DNA of 63,603 nucleotides, the filler included, from Chiloscyllium plagiosum (lineage: Eukaryota): the NCBI RefSeq assembly GCF_004010195.1. It is 5 parts of one record of this genome, joined end to end, with 100 filler letters (N's around TTAATTAATTAA, not from the genome) between each part and the next. Parts side by side here need not be neighbours in the genome. Positions count along the whole stretch, not along the records: positions 1 to 29,612 come from NC_057717.1; positions 29,713 to 38,483 come from NC_057717.1; 3 more parts are not named here. The stretch is one strand, 5' to 3'. The position numbers and the translations under genes were made by a program. Below are positions 26,272 to 38,583 of the stretch, one piece after another. The notes beneath the pieces are model-generated. The model was not told the DNA's origin. It saw nothing but the letters and a program-made list of their open reading frames with translations, and did no database searches. Every line of letters starts with the position of its first letter. Positions within the stretch are counted from its first letter, which is position 1.

Positions 26272-27605
26272 TTGACAGGAGACTCAGTTGTGAGGGGGAA
26301 AAACAGGAGGCTGTGTGTCTGCAGCAGTGACTCCAGAATGGTGTGCTGCTTCCCGGGTCCCAGGGTCAAGGATGTCTCTGAGCGGATACCGAAGGTGGAG
26401 GATGAACAGCCAGAGGTCATTTGCACATCAATCCACATGATAGTGGTAGACAAAGGGATAGGCACCTGTCAAATGAGTACAGGCAGTTAGGTAGGAAGTT
26501 AAAAACGCAGGATACTGACATTAATGATCTCCAGATTACTCCCAGTGCCACGCGCCAGTGGGGATAGAAATGGAAAGATAGGCCAGATGGATGTGTGGCT
26601 GAGGAGCTGGTATAGTGGGCAGGGTTTTCACTTCTTGGGTCATTGGGATCTCTTCTGGGGTAGAGATGACCTGTACAAAGGGGATCGTTTGCACTTGAAG
26701 CAGCGGGGCACCAGTATCCCAGAAGGAAATTTGCTCGTGTTACCCAGGAGGATTTAAACTAGTTTGGCAGGGAATTGTGACTCTGAGTAAGAGAAGGACT
26801 ATCAAAAAGTCAGGGGAAATACATCAGCCACCAAGAGCAAATTTCCTATTCAGGATATCCAGGGGCACAGTCGAGGGAGGGAAAAGACATCTGGTTTAAA
26901 GAGCATTTATTTCAACACACGAGGACGGACTCGTAAGGCAGATGAACTCAGACCATGGATTGGCTCTGGGGACTGGGATATTACAGCCATAACAGAAACA
27001 TGGCTGAGAGAAGAGCAGGAACATGGCTGAGAGAAGAGCAGGACTGGCAGCTCAGTGTTCCATGATACAGAAACTACAGGCGTGACAGAAGGACAAGTCA
27101 GTGAGGAGGGGAGTTGTCCTTTTGATTAGGGAGGACATTACAACAGTGCTTAGAGACAATACTGTTAAGAAGTCATCAAATGAGGCCATATATTTAAAAG
27201 TTAGAAACAAAAACGGAATGGTCAGTCTGCTGGGATGGTGTTCTAGACGCTCAAGTAGTCAGCAGGGACGAGAGGAGCAAAAGTGTCGTGCGTTTGCAGG
27301 TACCTGTAAAAATAATAGAGTAATATTGGTTGGAGATTTTAACTTCCCCTGGATTGACTCGGTCACCCAGAGTGTAAAAGGCTAGTACTGAGTGGAATTT
27401 TTCAAATATGTCTAAGAAAGTTTCCTAAACCAAGACGTAGAGGGTTCTGCGCTACTCAGGCGGATACAACACTGGACCTCCCCTCAGAAACCGAAGTCAG
27501 GCAAGTGACTGAAGTATCAGTCGAAGAGCACGTTGTGTCCAGTGACCACAACTGTCTTAGTTTTAACATAGTTATGGAAAACGATCAGACAGGTCCACAG
27601 AATTA
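26272..27605 (+). mobile_element. CR1 ORF1 (SGNH/GDSL esterase) and start of ORF2 endonuclease
   Basis: GDSVVRG...VCCFPGPRVKDVSER; LLPVPRAS...WDLFWGRDDLYKGDRLHL; ITETW; VILVGDFNFPWID; SSDHNC. Confidence 0.9.
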
Positions 27606-28324
27606 NNNNNNNNNNNNNNNNNNNNNNNNNNNNNNNNNNNNNNNNNNNNNNNNNNNNNNNNNNNNNNNNNNNNNNNNNNNNNNNNNNNNNNNNNNNNNNN
27701 NNNNNNNNNNNNNNNNNNNNNNNNNNNNNNNNNNNNNNNNNNNNNNNNNNNNNNNNNNNNNNNNNNNNNNNNNNNNNNNNNNNNNNNNNNNNNNNNNNNN
27801 NNNNNNNNNNNNNNNNNNNNNNNNNNNNNNNNNNNNNNNNNNNNNNNNNNNNNNNNNNNNNNNNNNNNNNNNNNNNNNNNNNNNNNNNNNNNNNNNNNNN
27901 NNNNNNNNNNNNNNNNNNNNNNNNNNNNNNNNNNNNNNNNNNNNNNNNNNNNNNNNNNNNNNNNNNNNNNNNNNNNNNNNNNNNNNNNNNNNNNNNNNNN
28001 NNNNNNNNNNAGTCTGCTCCATGTTCAGGTGACTCGGCAGCGGCAAGCCATGAGCGAGCCCCCAAGCCCTGCCAGCCACAAGAACATCCCCGCTCGCCTC
28101 AAAACCCATCCAATACTGCCCTCACCCGCCCCTCAACGTTGCCCCCCCCACCTGCCCCAAATCCACCCAACAGCGACGCCTGCCCCAAAACCGTCCGACA
28201 CCCTCCACCCGCCGTCTGCCTCCACTTCCCAAACACGTTCGACATCACCCTCAGCCTGTCCCCAAACACGCCCCCTGCCCTTCACTCCCACCGTCCAATC
28301 CATGTCCACGGCCGTGCCCCCGTA

Positions 28325-28992
28325 ATGTTACCCAGATAGTGAAGAAGGTTTTTTGGTATGCTTTCCTTTATTGGTCAGAGTATTGATTATAGGAGTTTGG
28401 AGGTCAGGTTGCAGCTGTACAGCACGCTGGTTAGGACACTTTTGGAATATTGCGTGCATTTCTGGTCTTTTTCCTCTTGAAAGGACGTTGTGAAACTTGC
28501 AAGTGTTCAAAGAAAATTTACAAGCATGTTGCCAGGGTTAGACGATTTGAGCTATAGGGAGCGGCTGAAAAGACTGTGACTTTTCTCCCTGGAGCGTCAG
28601 AGGCTGAGGGGTGACATTCTTGAGGTTTATAAAATCATGAGGGGCATGGATAGGATAAACAGACAAAGTCTTTTCCCTGGGGTGGGGGAGTCCTGAACTA
28701 GAGGGCATAGGTTTAGGGTGAGAGATGAAAGATTTAACAGGGACCTAAGAGGAAACCTTTTCACGCAGAGTGTGTTGTATGTATGAAATGTACTGCCAGA
28801 GGAAGTGGTGGAGGCTGGTACAATTGCAGCATTCAAAAGGCATCTGGATTGGTATATGAATTTTAAAAATGGTTTAGCGGGATATGGGACAAGTGCTGGT
28901 AGATGGGATGAAATTAGGAAAGGATATCTGGTCGACGTGGACGAGTTGGACCAAAGGGTCCGTTTATGTGCTGTACGTCTCTCGGACTCTAA
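28325..28992 (+). mobile_element. CR1 3' end
   Basis: LQLYSTLVRTLLEYCVHFW, RGNLFTQSV; 3' stem-loop and tail ...gactctaa. Confidence 0.9.
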
Positions 28993-29612
28993 ATGGTTAC
29001 CACTGTTCATTTACAGACTGACATTTCAGTCTGTTTCCCCTGTTTACCTTGGTCAGTTCTCTCTCAAAATCATGTAAGTGGATTTGTTACTGATGATTGG
29101 GTGTGCTTTATGGTCACTTTAAATTGTCATAATCTCTTTGAATTCCGGTATAATTTCTTGGAGGATCTCGGTGTGATATTACTCATTCATTCAGCTTCAT
29201 CACCCAACGGTCGATCTGAGATAGTTACATCCCCAGCTATTTGCACAATGTGTTATTCAAAGAAACACTGACAAAAACATTCAAGGAGGATTTCGGATAA
29301 TATCACACTTGCCAATGTGTCTGCCCCAATTTATACAAAGATTGAAGTCTCCCAAAATTATCACACCACCTTTGCTACAAATTCTAATGAATTCCTGTTT
29401 AATGCAGGGATGAGCAATGAAATACTGCTAGGCAGCATAAAAACTGTTCTCCTGCTTGTGGTTTTGACACAACATCCAGAATTTGCATTCAGGCTGATTC
29501 AGCTGCATAATCTGAGGCCAAATGCTTTCTCTGTAATGCCTTTGTTATCCATTAGTGTCAGGGTTCCCATCTCGCTTTTCCATTCTGCCTGAGATCCTGT
29601 AAGGTTGTTTAC

Positions 29613-29712
29613 NNNNNNNNNNNNNNNNNNNNNNNNNNNNNNNNNNNNNNNNNNNNTTAATTAATTAANNNNNNNNNNNNNNNNNNNNNNNNNNNNNNNN
29701 NNNNNNNNNNNN
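29613..29712. other. Artificial scaffold spacer 44N-TTAATTAATTAA-44N (also 38484-38583, 52140-52239, 60123-60222)
   Basis: Identical 100-bp construct occurs four times; the 12-mer has stop codons in all six frames. Confidence 0.95.
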
Positions 29713-30280
29713 GACACGTATGGGAAGAGACTATTTTCTATTCTTTCTTTCTGTGCAAGGAAAAATATTTTGATGAACTGGGTGGCGGAGGGCCCCCCCT
29801 GGACTTTCAAATTGGCACAGATTAATTATGGAATGTATTCCCCTTGACTTCCTCACAAATATGGTGCACCGAAAGACCGAATTATTTTATAAAATATGGC
29901 AGCCCTTTTTGAATTACATAAATACAGATATTTCGGCTATCCTAACAAGGGCTTTTATTTAATTGAGATTACAAACCTGGCTGGTCCGGGGCCCCTCTGG
30001 GGAGGAATCCCGCATGAATACGGGTTTCATTTCATCTGATGTTAACACATTCCGAGCATGTAAGAGACTTAAATATACACTCTGGTTAGTTGTAGGTTAG
30101 ATTAGTAGATAGTTAAGTCTTGTTTTTTTTTCTTCTTTTTCTTTTTTTTGTCTTTTGTTAAATTTTGGCTATTGTATATTTGAGTTAATTGTATATCAAT
30201 ATTTATATCTGAGAGTTTTGTTTATTTTTATAAACTTGGAAAAATGTTAAATTTCTAATAAAAAATCTATAAAAAATGAA
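29713..30280 (+). mobile_element. L1-clade LINE 3' end (ORF2 C-terminus, 3' UTR, A-rich tail)
   Basis: CARKNILMNWVAEGPP/GLSNWHRLIMECIPLD...FYKIWQPFLNYI* with one frameshift in a C run; T-rich UTR; aataaaaaatctataaaaaa. Confidence 0.85.
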
Positions 30281-30289
30281 AATATGCTT

Positions 30290-31780
30290 TGATAGAAGAA
30301 CTGGATCGGCGCAGGCTTGGAGGGATGAAGGGCCGCTTCCTGTGCTGTAATATTTCTCGTATTTCTTCTTTGCTCTTTGTTCTTTGAAACTATGTGAACC
30401 CAGCAGATATAGTTGAATCATTAAACACACAAGTGAAGTACTTGAGGACTGCAAGGTGGCTAATGCTGCGCCTTTAAAAATGCTGGAAGGATAAGCATGG
30501 AAACGATAGAGTGTGTGTCTGACATTGGTGATGAGTAAGTTGTTGGAAGAGATTCTGAAAGATAAGATTTACATGCATGGAGAGGATGGGCTGATTTGTG
30601 TTGGTCAGAAAAGTTTTGTATGAGAGGAATCATGTCTTATAAACATGATTTTAATTTGTTTTAAATGAAGTAAGCAGAAAAATTGATTGTAGCAGAATGG
30701 TAGATGTTGTTTCAATGAACATTAGCAAAGCATTTGAATATGGTTCTGCACGGTAGACTAATTAATAAAGTTACAGCACATGGGACTGCGGGTAAGCCTG
30801 AAACCTGGATGTAAATTCAGCTTTACAGAAGGAGACAGCATAGATGATTTTGCTTTGGCCTGGAAGCCTGTGACAAGAAGTGTTCCACAGGGATCAGTAC
30901 TGGATGAACTTTTGTTTGTCATTGATGTAAAAGGTTAGGATGATAATATCGAAGGCATGGTTGTTACATTTACAGATGACACCACAATTGCTCTTATATT
31001 GGGCAGTGAGACAGTTGTCTGCGATTGCAAAGATATATTGTTCAATTAGGTCAATGGATTAAGGAGTGGCAGATGGAGATTAGATAAACTGAATGTGAGG
31101 TACTGCATTTTGGTAAAATAAACAAGTGCATGACGTAAAACAAATAATTATACGCTCCCAGGTAGTACTTCAGGCCATAGAGATCGAGGGATTTTGGTAC
31201 ATAATTCTTTGAACTTTGTATCATACTTGGAAAAAGTATTTTAGGAGTTATTTAGCATGTTTGCCTTCGTCGCTCAGACGTTTCACTATAGGTGTCGGTA
31301 CTGCATATTGAGATTGTACAAGGTATTGATAAAGCGTCTATTGGAGTATTGGGTCCGGTTCTGATCACTCAGTCAGAGTAAGGACATTATTAAACTTGTT
31401 AGGGTTCAAATATATTTACCGGAATGTTGCCAAGAACGGAGGGACTAGGGTATAAGGAGAGATTGAATCTGATGATATGTTTTATTCCGTGGAGCGCAGA
31501 AGATCATGGAGGAATTCAAAACCAGCGAGAATATTTTAAAGTGAGAAGAAAAAGATTTCAAAAGTACATGCGGGGCAATGTGTTCTTACATAGAGATATT
31601 AGTGTGTGTAATACACTTTCAAAGGAAGTGGCGGGTGCAGGTACAATTACAACATTTAAAGATGTTTGGGTAGGTACAAGAATAGGAAAGGTTTGGAGGG
31701 ATATGGGCCAAACACAGGCTGGTAGTATTAGTTGAACAAAAGGTGTGGTTCCATGTTGTTCGATTCTGTGACTATGCTTC
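30290..31780 (+). mobile_element. Decayed CR1 ORF2 (RT to 3' end)
   Basis: VPQGSVL and FTDDT motifs; MLPRTEGLGYKERL; MRGNVFLHR. Confidence 0.85.
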
Positions 31781-33246
31781 TTTTACCTTTTATTAAAAAA
31801 AAGTTAATGACTTTCCAATATCTGTGTCAAAGTGAATACTTATTCTTAAAATGGATTTCCTAGTTTTAGTCTCCCATACAAGAGGAACTGTCCATCAGGT
31901 ATTCACCTGATACATGGTTTTCAAGATTTTGTTTCGTACATCAGAAAAATCACTTATACGGGGACCTAAAATGCATACCCTTCATAATACAAGGCCTTCA
32001 ACTCAGAAATAATAAAGTGAAGTACCTTGCAAGATTCTAAATGAAATGATGTTTTTTCTGGAAACCAAAAGAACTGTGGATAACGGATATAGACAGATCC
32101 CTGGAGAACTCCACTGGTTTGCGTTGTCCAAGCAGAAAATCAATATAAAACTCTACTCACAACTTCCTGTTATAAACAGGAACAAAAAACCAGAATCGCC
32201 TGGAAAATCTCAGCGGATCTGGCAACTTCTGTGAAGATAAATCAGAGTTAGCATTTTAGGTCTGGTGAACCTTCCTCAGAATGGTGTGCTTCCTCAGTTT
32301 GAATCTTCCTTTTTGTCAATTTAGGATTCAAAACAGTTCACACTGCATCAGGTGTGATCTCAGCAATTCCTTGTACTGATGCATTAAAACATTCCTACGA
32401 TTAAACCCGATACCCTTTTCAGCATCATTCCACTTACCTTCCTAATCATTTGCTGCACATGCTGACTAACTTTACATGTCTCATACAACAGTATTCACAA
32501 ATCCTTCTGTGTCCCTGGTTCCACAATCTCTCACATTTCAACAGTTACTGCTTTTACATCCTTCTGCCAAAACACTAACTGTCATAATTCACGTTAAACA
32601 GCCTTTGTTGAAGGTTTGCACACTAAACTACCGCTGTCTGAATCCCATTGCTGACTCTCTACGTCCAGTTGACAGTGTATTGAATGGTTATCTTGATAAA
32701 TTAGCACATTGAGCTTGAATCCATCGGGTCATTCAAATAACTGCAATGAGTGGAGTGTCTCAGAGATTAATCTGCATCAGTTTTGCAACCTGCAAACCAA
32801 TATTAATCCCTATGCATTACTTCCTGTTATATTAAGGGGTCTGTTGTGCTTGTGCAGCACCTTAGGCAGTTTTATTGGCCTCGTCCTGTGCCGTGTCGTG
32901 TGTATTGAAGGGCTGAATAACATCACCATATTTCTGGCTAAATCCTTAGAGGGGCAGAATGGTCTCCCGCTATCTCATTGCCTCACGAGCTGAATTTGGT
33001 CTTTCTCTCCTTTAACTACATCGAGGAGTGGATTGAGGGAACAACACAGAAGCTAGAATCATCAGTTGGCCAATTGGCCCCTCAGGCCTGCTGCAACATT
33101 CCGAATGCTCCTAGCTGATGTGATTGTGNNNNNNNNNNNNNNNNNNNNNNNNNNNNNNNNNNNNNNNNNNNNNNNNNNNNNNNNNNNNNNNNNNNNNNNN
33201 NNNNNNNNNNNNNNNNNNNNNNNNNNNNNNNNNNNNNNNNNNNNNN

Positions 33247-33955
33247 CTACGTAAATTATATGGCTGGTTGGGTTCCTTTATCTGGAATCATAGGCGGCCC
33301 TCATTAAGCTGAAGAAGCTACAGCTTCCACAGGGAAGGGGTGGATTGGACTTCCCAGATTTTAGGAAATATCAGTTAAGTTCCCTATTAAGTTACATAGC
33401 TGATTGGGTCTTGTCTTATCCACAATCAATCTGGTTGGACATCGAGGCTTCTCAAGTAATATACCCACTTATTAACCTTTTATTCTCAGACAAGAGGAAA
33501 ATCATTACAGATCAGTGTAAAAACCCTATAATACTAAATACAATCAAGGCTTGGAATATTATGCGGCAAAATGAGGGCAATTCACATAGAACATCCCCCT
33601 ATGCACCGATAGTGGGAGCATGGGGATTCCAACCGGGGTTAACAGATGCCACTTTTAAACTCTGGAGATCCAGGGGTATCTCATGTCTCGGGGATTTATT
33701 TAAAGATGGGGTCCTGATGTCTTTCGGACAGCTGCGTCAGAAATTCGGATTACCCAATGGAGACCTCTTTCGATACTTCCAAATTCGAGATTATATACAG
33801 AAGAAGACTACGTTATTAGATAGTCTTTATAAATCAGATAGAGAATGTAGTGTCCTACGACCAGTGGGGGTATCTTCCGTCAGTACTATTTATCATTTAC
33901 TACATGATGAAGTATTGGGAGATATAGATAATCTGGTTAGAACATGGGATCAGGT
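33247..33955 (+). mobile_element. L1-clade LINE ORF2 fragment (post-RT region)
   Basis: SFIWNHRRP/IKLKKLQLPQGRGGLDFPDFRKYQ...WRSRGISCLGDLFKDGVLMSFGQLRQKFGLPNGDLFRYFQIRDYI. Confidence 0.9.
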
Positions 33956-34029
33956 TACCTAACGCTATCTGAAAGACAATACCGTGTCAGTGTGCTTGCA
34001 TGTTTGTTCATATATGAGTGTCTGTTTGT

Positions 34030-34660
34030 GTGTTTGTGCAAGCGTCTGTTGTAGATTTAAGTTTTATTTTTATCCTGGGCTCTTTAAAGTTGTCTTCAGG
34101 CACAGGTACCGAACAATCTTCCAGAGCAACGAGAGCAAATAGTTTGCGTGGCCTTAGCTTTTTCTTAAAGTTGGAACAATAGAAGCAGCCTCAATGAGTA
34201 CATCAAAGTCTCATAGAACCAGGGCGAATAGTCAGCAGTTTTCAACAGTTATAGACAGGATCTGAACAGGGTTGGAAACTGTACTACGAGTTGCTGCCTG
34301 CTACTCTCTCTGAATTTTCCTTCTGGGTTGCAGGAGTTGCGTGTCCTGCAATTCGTTTTTCTGAATTTTGTGCCCAGGCTGTATTTATGAGCTGTTCCCA
34401 CATTGGAACCAGTTACTGTTTCGTAGTAAAATAATTCTTTAAGTTTTGCTAAGTTTTCCAATAAAGTTAAGTTATTCCACGTTCATCTTTCTTTGATTAT
34501 ACTTTTACTATAGTGTTCGAATAATTTGTGTTTTGCGTGATGTCAATTAGTTTGATCAATTAAATTAGATCTGGAACACAGCACCTTACATTACCTTTAA
34601 AATAAGAAAACGTTAGGGTCCAGGCTAACTTCTTTTCAGAGTTCTGATCTCATCTGTAAC
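34030..34660. mobile_element. Probable solo LTR
   Basis: Ends ...tctgtaaca, has an internal AATAAA and resembles shark LTR repeats. Left boundary and TSD not determined. Confidence 0.4.
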
Positions 34661-34794
34661 ACTGTAATGGGATCAATCTTATTTTAGGACAGTGGATTAA
34701 TTGAAATGGTGGATAATACCTTGTTTCCTCGTGTGTTTAAAATGATGTAATATCGCCATCTGCTGGTTAACCAACCCCACTGTGCAACCAACAG

Positions 34795-34951
34795 GTTTCA
34801 CAGAATCCGTTCAGTGTGGAATTCAGTCCATCTAGTTCACACTGACCTGCCACAGAATGTCGCACAATCATTTCCATCCCCGTAACCCTGTGTTTCACAT
34901 GGCTAATCCATCTAAGCTGCACATTCCTGGGCATTATGGGTAATTTAGATT
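34795..34951 (-). mobile_element. HE1-type SINE 3' fragment running into a gap
   Basis: catggctaatccatctaagctgcacattcctgggcattatgggtaatttag. Confidence 0.6.
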
Positions 34952-35419
34952 NNNNNNNNNNNNNNNNNNNNNNNNNNNNNNNNNNNNNNNNNNNNNNNNN
35001 NNNNNNNNNNNNNNNNNNNNNNNNNNNNNNNNNNNNNNNNNNNNNNNNNNNNNNNNNNNNNNNNNNNNNNNNNNNNNNNNNNNNNNNNNNNNNNNNNNNN
35101 NNNNNNNNNNNNNNNNNNNNNNNNNNNNNNNNNNNNNNNNNNNNNNNNNNNNNNNNNNNNNNNNNNNNNNNNNNNNNNNNNNNNNNNNNNNNNNNNNNNN
35201 NNNNNNNNNNNNNNNNNNNNNTGTGTGTGTGTGTCTGTGTGTGTTCCTACTAATGTTGCTGTCAGTTTATATGATGCTGTGACCTGCTTTCCTCTCTCGC
35301 TGACTGAATTCTAGACGGTTTTCACCCTCCATTACTGTCTGTGCAATGGAGTGGAGAAGCCAGCAGAATGTAGAATTTCATCACATTAAGCAATGCAGGG
35401 ACCATCAGACCAGTCCCAC

Positions 35420-35530
35420 ACAGAGATACACACAAACGCTAACACACACAGTTACACACACTGATACATGCACGCAAATGCAGACATACACACATACATA
35501 CACACACACACAGATACACTGACATGCGAC
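35420..35530. repeat. Imperfect (CA)n microsatellite
   Basis: Direct inspection; similar tracts at 35222-35243 and 47510-47665. Confidence 0.85.
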
Positions 35531-35754
35531 AAATATGTGAGTCAATCAGTATTTCTCTTTCTCTGTGGCAAATTCTCACTATATCACCCACTCTGTAAAG
35601 TGGGCAACATAGTTTCTATTTCTCTGTTTACAGCATGTCATTTTTTTTCCTCTGGGTCTTTGGGATGTGTGTTGTTATTTCTGACTCTCGTATGGTATCA
35701 GTGTATACCTTGATCACACTAGTGACACTGTCAGTATTTCAATTGTTCTGCAGG

Positions 35755-36000
35755 ATAAAGTAAGGACTGTAGATGCTGGGGATCAAAGCTGAGAGTGTGG
35801 TGCTGGAAAAGCAGGCCAGGCAGCATCCGAAGACCAGGAGAATTGGCATTGCAGGCAAAAGCCCTTCATCAGCCCTATCTGTAATCCGAATTCTGACTTG
35901 GCCTGCTGTGCTTTTCCAGCGCCACACTCTCGGCTTTCATTTCCAACATCTGCAGTCATTGCTTTCTGTCCTGCTGTACTTTTCCAGCACCACATTCTCT
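35755..36000. mobile_element. Palindromic PLE pLTR fragments
   Basis: gagtgtggtgctggaaaagcaggccaggcagcatcc is inverted against cctgctgtgcttttccagcgccacactc. Degenerate hammerhead core on the minus strand at ~35845-35873. Confidence 0.75.
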
Positions 36001-36329
36001 TTCAGTTATTTTGACTGAAGTGTGACACTATGACAAATTCTATGCTTGTTGATGGCACCAAACCTGAAAGAATTGTAAAGTGTGTGGAGGACAGAATACA
36101 ACAACAAGAGGACAACGCTAACTTGGTGTAGAGTTCAGGTATATTTCATACGACGATCAATGCGGGACAGTGTGAGGTGATGCACTTTGGAAGGAAAATT
36201 GGCTGTACCGTTATAAAGGGGGTGCAGGAGCAGAAGGACCTGGGTGTATTTGAGTACAGATTATTGAAAATGTCAGGACAAGTGGGGAGAGCAGTAACTA
36301 TCACAGATTAGTTTAAGTAACTGAGCAGT

Positions 36330-37480
36330 TTACAGGAGGAGTGGAGGAGTGAGTCTCCGTGCTCCCTTCCTGGGAGGTGGCGGTGACAATGTGTTGTGAT
36401 CCCACCCTCCTGCCCACCGAGACCTTGGGGATTCCATTTGTACCAGCTCAACAGAAAAGAGGGGTGGCAACAGGGCCATAGCTTCTAAGTTGTGCCGCGG
36501 GAAACGGAACTGCCAGTGGATTTAAAGTGAGAATTGCCCTTCACTGAGCATTGCTCCCTACTCGGTCGGTGGGACATGGATGTTTCAGAATCTCCACACG
36601 AGGCGTCCCGGTCCTCTCCGGCTCCTAACAGGGTCCTCCCCACATGGCAGAGGGAAGGGGTGAGGGAACGGATATCGGGCACTCCACCACACGGCTTGGC
36701 CCTTTCTGTCCTATTCCAGGCTGTTTCTCCTGGATTGGGAGAAAGGGAGGGAGGGAGTGAGTGAGGGGCCTGCTGATAATATTCTCTCGGTGGGGGAGAG
36801 GCGGAATGAAGATATTTCCGGTTGGAGTTTGTCCACAGTGTTGTACATATGCAGTATTATTAGTGTAAGGTGTATACTGGTGGTGAGAGAAGTCGAGAGA
36901 GACAGAGAGTGGGAAGATGCTTCATGCAGTAGTGAGAGCGGTGGAGCATGAACCTTGTTCCGGGGAGGTGCTGTAACAGGTACACAGTGAGTGTGAGGGA
37001 GCAGAGAGAATACAGTGACCCTTATCCTGACAGTGTGGGGAAGGTTATTCATGATTGTCCTGTATTACTGGATATTTCTTCACGCTGCAGATACTGCACT
37101 GAGCTGGGTGATGAGCTCAGACCATGCTTGGTGGGTCTGGTGTGTGGCCCCTCTGGGAAGATAATTGTCCCCCTCTGTACTAGCCTACCCACCAGAACCT
37201 CCGAGCACTCGTCTGCAAACTGTGGTGTAATTGTCCCTTATCTGCCATGCTCGGAGTAAACTATGCAGGGCAGCTCCAAACCGAGAAAACTCAACCATGT
37301 GTCCATTAGCCTTTTAAGAATGACATCAGTACCAGGGATCACGGAATTTCCATGGGCATCCGGACGATGTTGAGTACCTCCAGTCATGATGGTTGGTAGA
37401 ATCGGGCTGGCATTGAATGAAAGGGATACCATGGGGTGGGTATCTAATGAGGTCAGTTCCATAGGATAGCACCAGGAAAC
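36330..37480 (-). mobile_element. Ancient decayed coding-like element, possibly an L1/Tx1 ORF1 with CCHC knuckles (copy 1)
   Basis: Frame-switching translation gives ARRFWWVGxYRG, QCSICS and CQDKGH. Collinear with 57190-58260. Confidence 0.35.
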
Positions 37481-37914
37481 TAGCTCAGCCTCGTTTAGAC
37501 GATCCCTCTGTCACACTCAACGAAAATGACACTGTGACAAATTATTATTAGGTTCAGCCCAATGGGTCGAAGTCTGTGCTGACCGTACTCCCAGTTACAA
37601 AGCTGCAGAACAAATGTAAACCCAAAACTCTCCTGAAATCACATCAATATCCTGTTCACCCATCATTCCTGGAAGCACTGTCTCAGGTTACAGGATACTA
37701 TCGAAATGTCAAAACTTCAGCATTCTGGAACCTGTGATCACATCCTTCCAATACATTGTCTTTCAATCTCGCCCTCTGTCTCCACCACAAACCTCTCCCT
37801 TGTGTCGATATTTAAACTGATTCCGCCACCATCTCTCTTTTACAGTGATTTTCACACCCACAGCACCTCTTGTTATGGCACAAGGGAGATACGGAGCTGT
37901 AAATAGATGGGAAC

Positions 37915-38483
37915 TGATGGCAAAAAACAATCTCGGAAGCTGCCTGACCTGCTGTGTTTTTCCAGTACAACGTCTTAACCCAGTGTATATCCCAGATGGC
38001 ATCCTTCTTCAAAGACTGCAATTTCCCCTCCCACTTGGTTGATGCCCTCCAGTGCATCTTATCCACCTCCCACACCTCCACCCTTGAATCCCACCCCTCT
38101 AAACGCAACAGGGAAAGAACACCTTGTTCCTCATCTTCCACATCACCAAACTTCCAGATACAATGCATTATCCTCCCCCATCTGTGCCACCTAAAAACAA
38201 ACCCCATCACCAAAAATGCATTTCCAGCCCTACCCCGATGTGTGCTCCATAAAGAACATTCCCTCACGACTCCCTTGTCAGGTCCATGCCACAGATCGAC
38301 TAACCCTCCACTCCCAGCGCCTTCCCCTGCCAACACAGGAGTTGTAACACCTGCACCTTCACCTCCCCACTCACCTCCGTACAAGACCCCAGAGGAACCT
38401 TCCACATCCATCGGATTTTTACCTGCACTTCTACGCATGTCACCGACTATAACCATTGCTCCCGATATTGTCTCCTTTACATT
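37915..38483 (+). mobile_element. PLE fragment (pLTR piece, RT C-terminus, up to the start of GIY-YIG)
   Basis: QMASFFKDCNFPSHLVDALQCI...HLKTNPITKNAFPALP; homologous to 48076-48800(-). Confidence 0.85.
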
Positions 38484-38583
38484 NNNNNNNNNNNNNNNNN
38501 NNNNNNNNNNNNNNNNNNNNNNNNNNNTTAATTAATTAANNNNNNNNNNNNNNNNNNNNNNNNNNNNNNNNNNNNNNNNNNNN

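Noticed and set aside
29657..29668. Palindromic TTAATTAATTAA recurring four times
   Set aside because: Always centred in exactly 44N+44N. It is an artificial all-frame-stop spacer, not biology, and it weakens any linkage claim across it.
33345..33962. 205-aa open ORF as a host gene
   Set aside because: Recognisable L1 ORF2 post-RT region with an upstream frameshift and abrupt truncation.
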